A stretch of 64,000 nt of DNA from an uncultured delta proteobacterium (GTDB lineage Bacteria; Desulfobacterota; Desulfuromonadia; Geobacterales; Pseudopelobacteraceae), in NCBI GenBank assembly GCA_963772835.1, contig CAVYYZ010000003.1:128001-192000 (forward strand), written 5' to 3'. A model generated the notes under the pieces. The model made no database searches. It was not told where the DNA came from and saw nothing but the letters and a program-made list of their open reading frames with translations. Position numbers and translations under genes: made by a program. Shown here one piece after another: positions 1 through 10,353 of the stretch. Each line of letters starts with the position of its first letter. The stretch's first letter is position 1.

Positions 1-65
1 CCGACTTTGAAAGGGACTACGTTTTTTTTCATTTGGTCAAACTCTAAAAAATCGATGGTGTTCAT
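1..65 (-). CDS. rplS: 50S ribosomal protein L19, 5' part (runs off window)
   Basis: Reverse strand reads GGAGG RBS then MNTIDFLEFDQMKKNVVPFKV; canonical position after trmD. Confidence 0.9.
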   Translation of the reverse strand, partial: MNTIDFLEFDQMKKNVVPFKV

Positions 66-111
66 TGGTTACCTTCCTCCTGTATGATGCTAATTTTGTG
101 AGTGTTTGTAT

Positions 112-684
112 CTACCTGTGTTCAATCCCTCTGAGTCGGTCTAGCATAATTGCTGCTGCAGAACGAACTGAAAGGTGGTTATAATTCCCGTCCCCCGCAA
201 TTGGTTCGAGTGTTAGATCAGCGGCAGTAAAACATTCATCAGTCAAGCCCCATCCGGTACCTAATAGAAGCAGATACGGCTGATCGGCCTCCTGCAGAAG
301 CTTTCTGAACGCTACCAGCGCAATTGAACCGGAACGTTGCGCGGCTCCTGTAACCGCAATTCTGACTGTTTTGCTGAACCCGACCTGAAAATCTGCAGCC
401 GCTGATGCAATCGTCGGAGTTATCCGGACAATATCAAGAGCCTGCCTGCGGTCCGGGTTGTATCCGGCTCCCCACCCCTGTTGCCAGTGACCACTTATTC
501 GTTCAGCCAGCTTACGCTGCTCATCGGATGGGGTCACTATATAAAAACGGTCCAGCCCGAACGTTTTTGAAGAACGGGCAATATCATGCTGATCAAGGTT
601 TGTTAAGGCGGAGGTGACTATTTCATGGTGTTTGTTATAAACCGGATAATGAACAAGAGCCATGGCAAGATTATTATATGCCAC
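112..684 (-). CDS. SPOUT-family RNA methyltransferase (type often fused to TrmD C-terminus)
   Basis: [29 protein letters not shown] and [12 protein letters not shown] motifs; GTG start at 684 after AGGAG. Confidence 0.85.
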   Translation of the reverse strand: MAYNNLAMALVHYPVYNKHHEIVTSALTNLDQHDIARSSKTFGLDRFYIVTPSDEQRKLAERISGHWQQGWGAGYNPDRRQALDIVRITPTIASAAADFQVGFSKTVRIAVTGAAQRSGSIALVAFRKLLQEADQPYLLLLGTGWGLTDECFTAADLTLEPIAGDGNYNHLSVRSAAAIMLDRLRGIEHR

Positions 685-1417
685 TGGTTTTCTCCTGATC
701 AAGCTCCGTCAGTATTTTACGGTCTTCCCGCGTCAGTACGGCACGGGAGAGTAAATCCGGTCGAAGTTCTCTTGTCTTGCGTAGCGACTCTTTACGTCTC
801 CATTTTCTGATCAACTCGTGGTTCCCGGAAAGCAGAGGCTCCGGTACAGCCAGGCCATTAAATTCCGGTGGACGGGTGTAATGCGGATATTCCAGCAAGC
901 CGTCACAAAAAGAATCCGATTCAGCCGACTCATTGCTGCCAAGTGCTCCGGGAATCAGTCTGGTTACTGAGTCAACAATCGCCATTGCAGCGATTTCACC
1001 GCCGGAGAGAACAAAATCACCGAGCGAAATATCATCCTCTGCATAGAGTGAACGGACTCTTTCATCGATCCCTTCATAACGACCGCATATTATTATTACT
1101 CCGGGCCTATCGGCCAGTTCCATTGCAACACTATGGGTAAGCCGTCTCCCTTGGGGTGATGTGAGCACGACGGTTGATGCAGGATGCAGAGCTTTTACCG
1201 TTTCTATGCATGCTGACAGGGGGCCGGCTTTCATTACCATCCCCGCTCCACCGCCGTATGGGGCGTCGTCTGCGGTCTGATGGCGATCGGTCGCCCAGTC
1301 GCGTATATTGTGAAGTGAAATGTCAATGAGCTGTTTTTCTTTGGCTCGTTTGATAATGCTTTCATCAAAAGGACCGGAAAACATTCCTGGAAAAAGAGTC
1401 AGGATGTCAAATTTCAT
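674..1417 (-). CDS. trmD: tRNA (guanine37-N1)-methyltransferase
   Basis: [43 protein letters not shown]. Confidence 0.98.
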   Translation of the reverse strand: MKFDILTLFPGMFSGPFDESIIKRAKEKQLIDISLHNIRDWATDRHQTADDAPYGGGAGMVMKAGPLSACIETVKALHPASTVVLTSPQGRRLTHSVAMELADRPGVIIICGRYEGIDERVRSLYAEDDISLGDFVLSGGEIAAMAIVDSVTRLIPGALGSNESAESDSFCDGLLEYPHYTRPPEFNGLAVPEPLLSGNHELIRKWRRKESLRKTRELRPDLLSRAVLTREDRKILTELDQEKTSGI

Positions 1418-1935
1418 AAATCCAGCAAACCGTCAAGCGGGGTAATGATCATTTTCTGCCCCGGGATGTCAATGCACGCAATTACATCAGCAATTGCCGG
1501 AATTAAATATTCCTTGGTACTGCCGCGCACGACATAAATATCGCTGCTGCCGGTTTCAAAAATGTCAACAAGTGTACCCAGTTCAACTCCTTGATCGGTT
1601 TGAACTGCCAAACCTATCAGATCCCGCCAATAGTATTCATCTTCATCGGGCATCGGCAACTGGGATCGCATCAGGCATAGTTCTGATCCGCTCAATGACA
1701 GAACCTGATTTATGTCAGAAAAATCATCGAGACCCAAAATGAATCCGCCTGCATGTGCAGAAACACTTTTTACTGAATGTTCACGTAATGTGCCATCCTT
1801 CCCTTTCAGGAAAGCGGTTTTAACAGACTGTATACTCTGTATATTTCCGGAATAGGAGTAAACCTTCAAAAGCCCCTTGATTCCGTGGGTCCCGATGATT
1901 TTGCCAACCGGTACCAGTTCATTCGTATCTGTCAT
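1414..1935 (-). CDS. rimM: Ribosome maturation factor RimM
   Basis: [26 protein letters not shown]; operon context. Confidence 0.96.
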   Translation of the reverse strand: MTDTNELVPVGKIIGTHGIKGLLKVYSYSGNIQSIQSVKTAFLKGKDGTLREHSVKSVSAHAGGFILGLDDFSDINQVLSLSGSELCLMRSQLPMPDEDEYYWRDLIGLAVQTDQGVELGTLVDIFETGSSDIYVVRGSTKEYLIPAIADVIACIDIPGQKMIITPLDGLLDL

Positions 1936-2166
1936 TTATTCCACAATCTTGAGGATTGCCTTCTTGTTGTCTTTTGTAGAAACAGCATTAAGAATAGTAC
2001 GAATCGCCTTAGCTGTTCGTCCTTCCTTGCCGATAATTCGTCCCATGTCTTCCTTGGCGACGGTCAAACTTATGACCAGAGTATCCTCTTCTGTACCCTC
2101 GGTTGCATTTACTTGAGTCGGGTCATCAACCAGTGCCTTTGCAATGCTTTCAACAAGAGTCTTCAT
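1936..2166 (-). CDS. khpA: KH-domain RNA-binding protein
   Basis: DMGRIIGKEGRTAKAIRT; between rpsP and rimM. Confidence 0.93.
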   Translation of the reverse strand: MKTLVESIAKALVDDPTQVNATEGTEEDTLVISLTVAKEDMGRIIGKEGRTAKAIRTILNAVSTKDNKKAILKIVE

Positions 2167-2223
2167 ATCGGTATCCTCTGCTGCTCATATAGAGTGACCG
2201 GCGAGCCGGAATAACTGGATACG

Positions 2224-2490
2224 TTACGCGGTAACCGCAGGTGCCTTGTCAAGAAGTCCGGCATTTTTCAAAAGCTGACGGACAGTATCGGTCGGCTGAG
2301 CTCCCTTGCTGAGCCAATCGGCGGCTCTCTCGGTCTTCAACTTAACAACAGCAGGGTTCTTGGTCGGGTCGTATGTGCCGACATTTTCGATGAAGCTGCC
2401 ATCTCTGCGGCTGCGTTCGTCAGCAACGACAATCTGGTAGAAAGGTCTTTTTTTAGCGCCTGCACGTGCAAGCCTGATTTTTGTAGCCAT
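2224..2490 (-). CDS. rpsP: 30S ribosomal protein S16
   Basis: [29 protein letters not shown] at 2490 after AGGAGG. Confidence 0.98.
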   Translation of the reverse strand: MATKIRLARAGAKKRPFYQIVVADERSRRDGSFIENVGTYDPTKNPAVVKLKTERAADWLSKGAQPTDTVRQLLKNAGLLDKAPAVTA

Positions 2491-2556
2491 TGGTGATTCC
2501 TCCTGATTTTGTGCTTCTGGATAATATTTTAGTGTACTGATTTTATTCTTCATTAA

Positions 2557-3930
2557 TCAACGGAACGGCATCATTCCTTTTCCAAGTCCGGCACCGATCC
2601 CACCCATTCCTTTGAGGAGACCCTTTGGACCGAGTTTCTGCATCATCTTCATCATTTTCTGTGCTTCAGTGAAGCGTTTTAGGAGCAGATTGACTTCCTG
2701 TACAGTCGTTCCGCTTCCTTTCGATATCCGTAGACGGCGACTGCCGTTAATTATGCCATGATTGGATCGTTCACCTGGAGTCATGGATCGTATAATTGCT
2801 TCGATGCGAGTGATTTCCTTCTCGCTTGGCTGGGCGCCTTTCATTTGCTTCATCATTTTGCCCATGCCGGGGATCATTCCCATAATGGACTCAACTGACC
2901 CCAACTTTTTGATCTGCTGCATCTGTGCGAGAAAATCTTCCAGATCAAACTGGTTTTTCTTAAATTTTTGCTGGAGAAGAGTAGTTTCTTTTTCGTCAAA
3001 GAGGGTCTGTGCTTTTTCGACAAGGGTAAGAACATCACCCATGCCGAGAATACGAGAGACAAGCCTGTCTGCATGGAAAACTTCCAATGCATCAAGCTTT
3101 TCTCCAAGTCCGACAAATTTAATCGGTTTACCGGTAACCGCTTTGATGGAAAGTGCGGCTCCTCCTTTGGCATCGCCGTCCAGTTTGGAAAGTACAACTC
3201 CACTGATTTCAAGCCTGTCGTTAAAACCGCTGGCTATAGTTACAGCTTCCTGGCCGGTCATGGCGTCAGCCACAAAAAGAATTTCACGCGGCTGCACGGC
3301 TTCATTGATCTCGCGCAGTTCGTTCATCAGAAAATCATCGATCTGATGGCGCCCGGCGGTATCAAGAATAACGGTGTCGTAGCCGTTCAGCTCAGCAAAT
3401 TTCATAGCACTGACACAGATATCAAGCGGCTTCTGGTCAGTTGTTGAAGAAAAAACATCAAGGCCAAGCTGGCGGCCAACCGTATTCAGCTGTTCGATGG
3501 CAGCCGGGCGATACACATCAGCAGGCACCAGTAATGGTCTGCGTTTCTGTTTTTTGAGCAGATTACCCAGCTTGCCGCATGTCGTTGTTTTTCCGGCTCC
3601 CTGCAACCCGACCATCATGATGGCCACAGGTGGTTTTGCCGCAAGGTCGAGGGAGTTGTCCTCACCGCCGCCCATGATGGCAATCAGTTCATCACGGACA
3701 ATTCTGATAACCTGCTGACCCGGCGACAGACTGGTGAGAACATCAGTGCCAACCGCTTTGATTCTTACATTCTCTACAAAATCCTTGACAACTTTGAAGT
3801 TAACATCAGCTTCAAGGAGAGCCAGGCGAACCTCTCGCAAAGACTCCTTAATATTCTCCTCAGTCATTACTCCCTGACCGCGAAGCTTTTTAAATACTGA
3901 TTCCAGTTTGTCGGATAGGCTGTCGAACAT
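2557..3930 (-). CDS. ffh: Signal recognition particle protein
   Basis: GLQGAGKTTT, DTAGR, DGDAKGGAALS, Met-rich M domain; start taken at MFDSLSDKL. Confidence 0.98.
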   Translation of the reverse strand: MFDSLSDKLESVFKKLRGQGVMTEENIKESLREVRLALLEADVNFKVVKDFVENVRIKAVGTDVLTSLSPGQQVIRIVRDELIAIMGGGEDNSLDLAAKPPVAIMMVGLQGAGKTTTCGKLGNLLKKQKRRPLLVPADVYRPAAIEQLNTVGRQLGLDVFSSTTDQKPLDICVSAMKFAELNGYDTVILDTAGRHQIDDFLMNELREINEAVQPREILFVADAMTGQEAVTIASGFNDRLEISGVVLSKLDGDAKGGAALSIKAVTGKPIKFVGLGEKLDALEVFHADRLVSRILGMGDVLTLVEKAQTLFDEKETTLLQQKFKKNQFDLEDFLAQMQQIKKLGSVESIMGMIPGMGKMMKQMKGAQPSEKEITRIEAIIRSMTPGERSNHGIINGSRRLRISKGSGTTVQEVNLLLKRFTEAQKMMKMMQKLGPKGLLKGMGGIGAGLGKGMMPFR

Positions 3931-4120
3931 CGTAGGTATTGCTGCCCCGGATACAGAGTTATTCCAAAAGGGGGTCAATATAAATGGGTACAACCCCTGC
4001 TGTCAAGAACTATTTGTTTTTAAAGCTGTATTGGAGCGGTCTCGAGTGAGATGTATCACCTCATTGACGGCATTTTGCATGGTGCGGTTCCGCTTGCAAT
4101 TATTCTGAGTTCAACCCAGA

Positions 4121-4414
4121 TTAACGGTCTGTCTCATGTCTATTCTCGGTATTCCAGATTGGCTCATACTCTGAATCGTTTTTTTTCCTATAGATAATCG
4201 TTGGAGAAATATTTTCATCCATAAGGGCCTTAAGTACGCTTTCATAAAGATTGCTGTTAAAACGTATTGCAAGGCCGCAGTCTGTTGAAAGCGCCCTGGG
4301 GGCGGGTATAAGTAGAATATCGATCTCTCTTCGTTTGAGAATGCTTTCAGCTTTCATTATTCGATGGGCTGAGTCGAATACAGCTAGTAACTGGCCATGT
4401 TGGATCACCGTCAA
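4121..4414 (-). CDS. DUF3343-like protein
   Basis: F.S.H..MKAE..LK, LIPAPRALSTDCGLAIRF pattern. Confidence 0.75.
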   Translation of the reverse strand: MTVIQHGQLLAVFDSAHRIMKAESILKRREIDILLIPAPRALSTDCGLAIRFNSNLYESVLKALMDENISPTIIYRKKNDSEYEPIWNTENRHETDR

Positions 4415-4511
4415 AATCTCCTGTGGTCTGAGCTCATTTTTACAGCGCTCTCTGTAAAGCTAATTGACAAAAATAGTGTGAGTTCCTACTATGTCCCGAA
4501 AGGAGCTGTAC

Positions 4512-4778
4512 ATGGAAGGCGCAATTCTCATCATAGGGCTGGTCGTTCTGGCTTTAATCATAAGTATTCCCTGCGGTTATATACGTCAAAATTATTCCAA
4601 ATATTCCTTTATGTGGTTTCTTCTGATTCATCTGCCGATCCCTTTTATTGTGCTGCTGCGTATCAAAGCGGGACTCAGCTGGCATTTTATACCTTTAACT
4701 CTGTGCGGCTCAGTTGCTGGACAGATTATTGGCGGCGTCGCAAGTCGCCGGAGAAGGAAGAATGTCAAAGCGCCCTAG
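4512..4778 (+). CDS. Small membrane protein, unknown function
   Basis: AAGGAG RBS; hydrophobic segments, WFLLIHLPIPF motif, basic C-terminus. Confidence 0.75.
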   Translation: MEGAILIIGLVVLALIISIPCGYIRQNYSKYSFMWFLLIHLPIPFIVLLRIKAGLSWHFIPLTLCGSVAGQIIGGVASRRRRKNVKAP

Positions 4779-5235
4779 GATGCCTTTCCCCCGTCTGTTA
4801 CCAGGACTGGTGCAGGAAAGTCTGGTTGGCCTGGAGTTGGGCGAACGATTGCGAGAAGCGGAAATCTGGCGGATATGGCCGGATGTTGTCGGAGCCGCTC
4901 TTGCCTGCCGGGCTCAACCGATACGCATCATCAACGGCACGTTGACCGTGGCGGTCTCCAGCGCTCCATGGATGCAGGAACTCCGTTTCATGACCTCCAT
5001 GATGAAAGAAAAGCTCAACACCAGCCTCGGTGCCGATGTTGTGCGTGAAATTGTACTCAAAGCGGGCAGAGTCGATGAACCGGCAACCGAGGTCCCTGAA
5101 GAAACCATAGTGACCCGCCCCCTCACTCTCCGTCAGTTAGCCCAGATTGAAGAACAGTCGGCCTCAATTAAAGACGAGGAAACCCGGCGGGCCTTTATTG
5201 GACTGATGCAGGCCAGTATGGAACATCAACGTTGA
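4762..5235 (+). CDS. DciA/DUF721 family protein
   Basis: W..VVG..LA.RAQP..I.NGTLTVAVSSAPWMQEL. Confidence 0.85.
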   Translation: MSKRPRMPFPRLLPGLVQESLVGLELGERLREAEIWRIWPDVVGAALACRAQPIRIINGTLTVAVSSAPWMQELRFMTSMMKEKLNTSLGADVVREIVLKAGRVDEPATEVPEETIVTRPLTLRQLAQIEEQSASIKDEETRRAFIGLMQASMEHQR

Positions 5236-6915
5236 TCAGGACCGTGTCAGCTGACGGTATTTGATGCGATGCGGAATATCGGCGGCAGCTCCCAGACGCT
5301 TTTTACGGTCATCCTCATACTCTGAGTAATTCCCTTCAAACCAGACCGTTTTTGAATCGCCCTCAAAGGCCAGGATGTGTGTCGCTATGCGATCCAAAAA
5401 CCAGCGGTCATGGCTGATAACCACGGCGCATCCGGCAAAATTTTCAAGGGCCTCTTCCAATGCCCGCATAGTGTTAACATCCAGATCATTCGTCGGTTCA
5501 TCAAGAAGGATCACATTGGCTCCGCTCTTCAGCATTCGGGCAAGATGGACGCGGTTGCGTTCGCCCCCCGAAAGTGTTCCGACCTTTTTCTGCTGGTCAC
5601 TGCCGGAAAAGTTGAAACGTGACACATAGGCTCTTGAATTAACGAGTAGTTTTCCAAGCTGAATGGCTTCCTGCCCTTCAGTAATCTCTTCCCAGATACT
5701 CCTGTCCGGGTTTAGCGCATCGCGGCTCTGGTCTACATGAGCCAGTTGAACTGTTTCACCAATTTTGAAAGAGCCGGAATCGGCATTTTCCTGCCCGGTG
5801 ATCATCCTGAAAAGAGTGGTTTTTCCGGCGCCGTTAGGTCCGATGACGCCGACAATTCCGCCTCGCGGTAAGCGGAATGTCATTCCTTCAATCAGGAGGC
5901 GGTCCCCGTATGCTTTGGAAACATTATCAGCTTCAATAACAATATCTCCGAGGCGTGGGCCTGGCGGAAGATATATTTCAAGTTCACGGGCATGTTTTTC
6001 GCTCTCCTGTGCGACCAGATCTTCATACGCACTGATACGTGCCTGCGCTTTGGCATGCCGCCCTTTTGGCGACATCCTGATCCATTCGAGCTCCCGTTGC
6101 AGGGTTTTCTGGCGTTCTGATTCCTGTTTTTCCTGCGTCGCTAGGCGGTTCTGCTTCTGCTCCAGCCATGATGAGTAGTTTCCTTTCCAAGGGATCCCTT
6201 CCCCGCGGTCCAGTTCCAGGATCCAGCCTGCAACGTTATCCAGAAAATAGCGATCGTGGGTAACGGCGATAACCGTACCTGGATAATTGTGTAGATGATG
6301 CTCCAGCCAGGCTACCGTTTCTGCATCAAGGTGGTTGGTAGGCTCATCCAGAAGAAGAATATCCGGTTTTTTGAGTAATAGTCGGCAGAGCGCAACTCGA
6401 CGTTTTTCTCCACCTGACAGAACTTTAATCGACGTATCACCTTCCGGACAGCGCAGAGCTTCCATAGCCATCTCAAGGCGCGAGTCAAGATCCCAGGCAT
6501 CCAGATGATCCAGCTTTTCCTGAAGGACCGCCTGACGATCACATAATTTATCAAAATCGGCATCCGGTTCGGAAAATTTGTCGGTGATGGCGTTGAATTC
6601 TTCCAAAAGATCAACAGTTTCCTGAACCCCTTCTTCAACAATCTGACGAACAGTCCTTGTTTCGTCCAGACGAGGTTCCTGTTCCAGGTAGCCGACAGTA
6701 TATCCTTGTGACAGCACTGCCTGACCATTAAATTCCTTATCTACTCCGGCCATGATCCGTAATAGTGAGGATTTTCCTGAACCATTCAAACCGAGAACGC
6801 CGATTTTTGCGCCATAAAAATAGGATAATGAAATGTCCTTTATGACCGGTTTTTTGTCGTAAAACTTGCTGACTCGCATCATAGAATAAATGATTTTATT
6901 CGGATCAATAGCCAT
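5236..6915 (-). CDS. ettA: Energy-dependent translational throttle protein (ABC-F)
   Basis: Two ABC domains; ISLSYFYGAKIGVLGLNGSGKS, RGEGIPWKGNYSSWLEQK, HRIKYRQL. Confidence 0.96.
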   Translation of the reverse strand: MAIDPNKIIYSMMRVSKFYDKKPVIKDISLSYFYGAKIGVLGLNGSGKSSLLRIMAGVDKEFNGQAVLSQGYTVGYLEQEPRLDETRTVRQIVEEGVQETVDLLEEFNAITDKFSEPDADFDKLCDRQAVLQEKLDHLDAWDLDSRLEMAMEALRCPEGDTSIKVLSGGEKRRVALCRLLLKKPDILLLDEPTNHLDAETVAWLEHHLHNYPGTVIAVTHDRYFLDNVAGWILELDRGEGIPWKGNYSSWLEQKQNRLATQEKQESERQKTLQRELEWIRMSPKGRHAKAQARISAYEDLVAQESEKHARELEIYLPPGPRLGDIVIEADNVSKAYGDRLLIEGMTFRLPRGGIVGVIGPNGAGKTTLFRMITGQENADSGSFKIGETVQLAHVDQSRDALNPDRSIWEEITEGQEAIQLGKLLVNSRAYVSRFNFSGSDQQKKVGTLSGGERNRVHLARMLKSGANVILLDEPTNDLDVNTMRALEEALENFAGCAVVISHDRWFLDRIATHILAFEGDSKTVWFEGNYSEYEDDRKKRLGAAADIPHRIKYRQLTRS

Positions 6916-7255
6916 ATCAAAGTCTCCAAAAGTCATAGTTTTATTTATATTACATTAATACACGCTCCATGCTTTGTCTGTCAATCCGAGTCATTAATTC
7001 GTCACATATGTGGGTACTTGTATATGCGATCCGTCCACGTTCAACAGGCAGAAATCGATATATGTATTCCTGATTACCAAAAATGTTATTGCCGTAAAAT
7101 TATAAACCACATAAAGAAAATAGATGAAAGTGTGAATTTTTCTTGTTTACCGGTTCAGATTCTGTAGTATTACAGGAATACTGTATCAATGACGCGCATA
7201 CGCTGTAATCAATCAAAATATGAGGCGTTCCCTACTTTTTCAGGAGAAAGACCGT

Positions 7256-8935
7256 ATGAAAAAACTGCGTACCGGGACTAACCTAATCCGGATGTTTCTC
7301 GTTGCGGGAATTGTTTTGTCTCTGGCCGGATTCATTTGCTCTCTTGAACCTGCGGCGCCCAATCAGGTGTTGTTGGCCTCTCTGTACATACTGAATGTAA
7401 TTGTTATGACGGCAGTCATCTGGATACTGACCTCCAGAAAACTGGCCGTCCGCATCAAGCAGATCGCTTTTGCGATGAACAAGGCAGCAGAGGGGAAATT
7501 AACGGAACGGGTCATTATTGATGGAGAAACCGAGATCACTCTCTTGGCCGAAAACTTCAATACAATGATGGAAAAACTTTCCGGGGCGATCACAAAAGTT
7601 TACCTTTCCCTGCAGGAACTTAAGAACATCTCCTCGACCATTGGGCAACTCTCTGAAAAAGGGGTTTCTTCGGTTGCTGTACAGGCTGAGTGTCTTAAGC
7701 GGACATCCCTGGCCATTCGGGAAATTAACAGCTCAATCATGGATATATCAACGCTGGTAGTTACACTCTCCAGTCTGTCGTCTGAAAACTCCAATGCCAT
7801 GACAGACCTGTCTCAGAGTCTTCAAACAACTACACAGTGCATTGAATCACTCGTTATATCTGTGGAAGAGGTCAGTTCGTCAATAAACGAAATGACCTCT
7901 ACGGTACGTCAGGTTAAGGAAAACTCAACTATTCTCGCTGCTGATACAAACAGGACTTCTGCACTTGTCAACGATATGGACAATGCAATTAAACAGATTG
8001 TGTCCCAAACTGCTGATACTTCACAAATAGCCGAAACAGTCAGAAATGATGCCGAGGATGGATGGAGGGCTGTGGAGGCAACGATATCCGGCATTAATGA
8101 AATAAAACTGTCTTCGACAGTCACATTCAATGCCATTGAGAATCTTTCGAAAAGAGTTGGAAATATCGGTAAAATTCTCTCAGTGATTGATGAAGTTGCC
8201 GAACAGACCAACCTTCTGGCCCTTAACGCCTCGATTATTGCCGCGCAGGCCGGTGATCGAGGCAAAAGCTTTTCAGTGGTCGCTCATGAAATCAAGAATC
8301 TGGCTAAGCGGACAGGAAATCACACGAGAGAGATTTCTGAAATAATATTAGGGGTCAGAGAAGAAATGGAATTGGCGGTGAAGGCTATCACACATTCAGA
8401 AAAACGAATTGCTGAAGGGAGTGAATTGTCACAAAGATCAGGTAGTGCTCTTCGAAAAATCGTTGACGGTATACAGGCTGCCAGTAATCATATGGTCGAG
8501 ATTAACAGGACTGCCCTCAATCAGGCGCAGGCAAGTGGCAGTATGCAGTTGGCTATGGGCCGGGTTGCAGAAATGGTTGAACAGATTGCCCACGCAACTC
8601 AGGAACAGAGTCATGGCAGCGAGTTGATAGCTTCTGCGGTGGAACACATGAGAAACCTTACCCGGGAGGTTATGGTCTCCATCAGCAAACACCGGAATTC
8701 GGCATCGCAGGTTGTAGAATCAAGCGAAGAAATTAATAATATGGTTGTAGCAATTTGTGAGGCGTCCATACTCCAATCCGGCAGTTCCCAGCAGATTAGT
8801 AACTCTCTTGACGAGTTTGAAGAGTCATCCAATGTGCAGGTTACTTCAACGCTTGTCATGGATGAAATTCTGTTAAAATTATTACGGCAGATCAACGTGT
8901 TGCAAGAGGAAATGGGACAGTTTAGGGCTTCCTGA
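7256..8935 (+). CDS. Methyl-accepting chemotaxis protein (2 TM, HAMP, long signalling domain)
   Basis: VAEQTNLLALNASIIAAQAG..GKSFSVVAHEIKNLA. Confidence 0.93.
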   Translation: MKKLRTGTNLIRMFLVAGIVLSLAGFICSLEPAAPNQVLLASLYILNVIVMTAVIWILTSRKLAVRIKQIAFAMNKAAEGKLTERVIIDGETEITLLAENFNTMMEKLSGAITKVYLSLQELKNISSTIGQLSEKGVSSVAVQAECLKRTSLAIREINSSIMDISTLVVTLSSLSSENSNAMTDLSQSLQTTTQCIESLVISVEEVSSSINEMTSTVRQVKENSTILAADTNRTSALVNDMDNAIKQIVSQTADTSQIAETVRNDAEDGWRAVEATISGINEIKLSSTVTFNAIENLSKRVGNIGKILSVIDEVAEQTNLLALNASIIAAQAGDRGKSFSVVAHEIKNLAKRTGNHTREISEIILGVREEMELAVKAITHSEKRIAEGSELSQRSGSALRKIVDGIQAASNHMVEINRTALNQAQASGSMQLAMGRVAEMVEQIAHATQEQSHGSELIASAVEHMRNLTREVMVSISKHRNSASQVVESSEEINNMVVAICEASILQSGSSQQISNSLDEFEESSNVQVTSTLVMDEILLKLLRQINVLQEEMGQFRAS

Positions 8936-9106
8936 GTAACTTTAAACAGCATACTTCAACAGTACTTGCTTCATAATGAACTTAACTGCAGCGGAAACTT
9001 ATCATTATGAGTGAGCCTGAAGCGGGTAAACGTATAAAGAATGGATATTATAGAAACGGGAACCTTCTGAAATCTGAACAGGCAGTCAACCTGCTGATAA
9101 TGGCTA

Positions 9107-9134
9107 TTGACAAACAGGACCCAACTGGTATTAT
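9107..9134 (+). promoter_or_regulatory. Putative sigma70 promoter of ferritin-like gene
   Basis: TTGACA-16nt-TATTAT with TG extended -10. Confidence 0.5.
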
Positions 9135-9167
9135 TTAAAAAAAACTAGTAAAGAAAGGATGTGCATT

Positions 9168-9659
9168 ATGAGTATTAATATTCAAGAGGCCATTAAACGT
9201 TCCATTCAGACCGAAAAGAACGCCATGAATTTTTATCAGTTCGGGGCTCAGAAAATGAACAATCCGGACGCACGACGGATCTTCGAGCTGCTTGCAAGTG
9301 AGGAGCGGGAGCATGCCGCACAATTTTATAAAATATATCAAGGAACGGACATCCCCTCACTGAATGATTTTCTTGATTCTCTGGCTGACAATGAGTCAAG
9401 CTGGGTTGCCACTATTTCACGGTCTATCTCTGAAGACTTCTCTGAGCAGAAGGCATTGGAGCTGGCAATGGAGAAGGAAAAAAACCTGGAAGAGACTCTG
9501 TGGGTGACAGCTTCAAAAATAAGCGACCCAGAGATAAAGGCGGTCTATGAATTGAATGCCAAAGAAACACATCATCATTATGAACTTATCGAGTCGGAAT
9601 ATGCCCGTTTGATGGGTATGGTTCATGAGTCTGATATTGATACGTTTGTCCGGGAATAG
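9168..9659 (+). CDS. Ferritin-like/rubrerythrin-family diiron protein
   Basis: Duplicated E..A..FY / EEREH and E.EK / KETHH motifs. Confidence 0.88.
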   Translation: MSINIQEAIKRSIQTEKNAMNFYQFGAQKMNNPDARRIFELLASEEREHAAQFYKIYQGTDIPSLNDFLDSLADNESSWVATISRSISEDFSEQKALELAMEKEKNLEETLWVTASKISDPEIKAVYELNAKETHHHYELIESEYARLMGMVHESDIDTFVRE

Positions 9660-9754
9660 TCCCCTTTTGGTACCGGCTATCAAGGAAATTAATGAAGCTC
9701 CTTGATAGCCGTAACTCAATATTATGGTTAACGTGTCGGGCATAAGGAATTTTC

Positions 9755-10252
9755 ATGACCGTAAGTAAGTCACCAATTTCAGTTCTGGTTCTCGGTATCG
9801 GTAATCTTGTTATGAGCGACGATGGAGTTGGAGTTGTCGTTGCGCAGAGGCTTCAACGGGAATATCTGTTTGCGGATAATGTTGAAGTAATGGACGGAGG
9901 TACTCTGGGCTTGGATTTACTTCCAAAACTCGAAAATGTTACTAATCTTATTATGATTGATGCTGTTGAAACCGGTAAGAAGGCCGGAACTTGTGTGCGA
10001 CTGTACGGCCAGGAGTTACCGATTGCCCTCGAAACAAAAGTATCTCCACATCAGATGGGACTTAAGGACCTTTTAGCCGTATCTGAATTGATGGGTCATT
10101 CACCGAAAGAGATGGTGTTGATTGGTGTGCAGCCTGGATCAATAGAAATGGAGATCGGACTGACTGCAGAAGTTGAAGCTCAACTTGATAATCTTGTTTC
10201 CAACGTACTAAATGAATTATCTAATTGGGGGATTACGGCAACACCAGTATAG
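9755..10252 (+). CDS. HyaD/HybD-family hydrogenase maturation protease
   Basis: VLGIGNLVMSDDGVG, DGGTLG, SPHQMG, LIGVQP. Confidence 0.93.
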   Translation: MTVSKSPISVLVLGIGNLVMSDDGVGVVVAQRLQREYLFADNVEVMDGGTLGLDLLPKLENVTNLIMIDAVETGKKAGTCVRLYGQELPIALETKVSPHQMGLKDLLAVSELMGHSPKEMVLIGVQPGSIEMEIGLTAEVEAQLDNLVSNVLNELSNWGITATPV

Positions 10253-10353
10253 AACTTTTTAAAAAGCATTCAGCCGATTTGACAAGACCCCGCCGCATTC
10301 CTGAACATCACTCTCCATCTGTCGTTACTACGTTCCCTACACATAAATATTTT

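Noticed and set aside
2762..3447. Long antisense ORFs (194 and 159 aa) over ffh, and similar ones at 57404-58006 and 58654-59463
   Set aside because: Shadow frames of well-conserved genes, with no recognisable motifs
4397..4945. 182-aa plus-strand ORF
   Set aside because: Overlaps two better-supported genes with RBSs and has no family signal
8936..9160. Cyclic dinucleotide (GEMM) riboswitch, common in Geobacter
   Set aside because: No GGCAAA..GAAA..GACGCAA-type two-hairpin pattern was recognised
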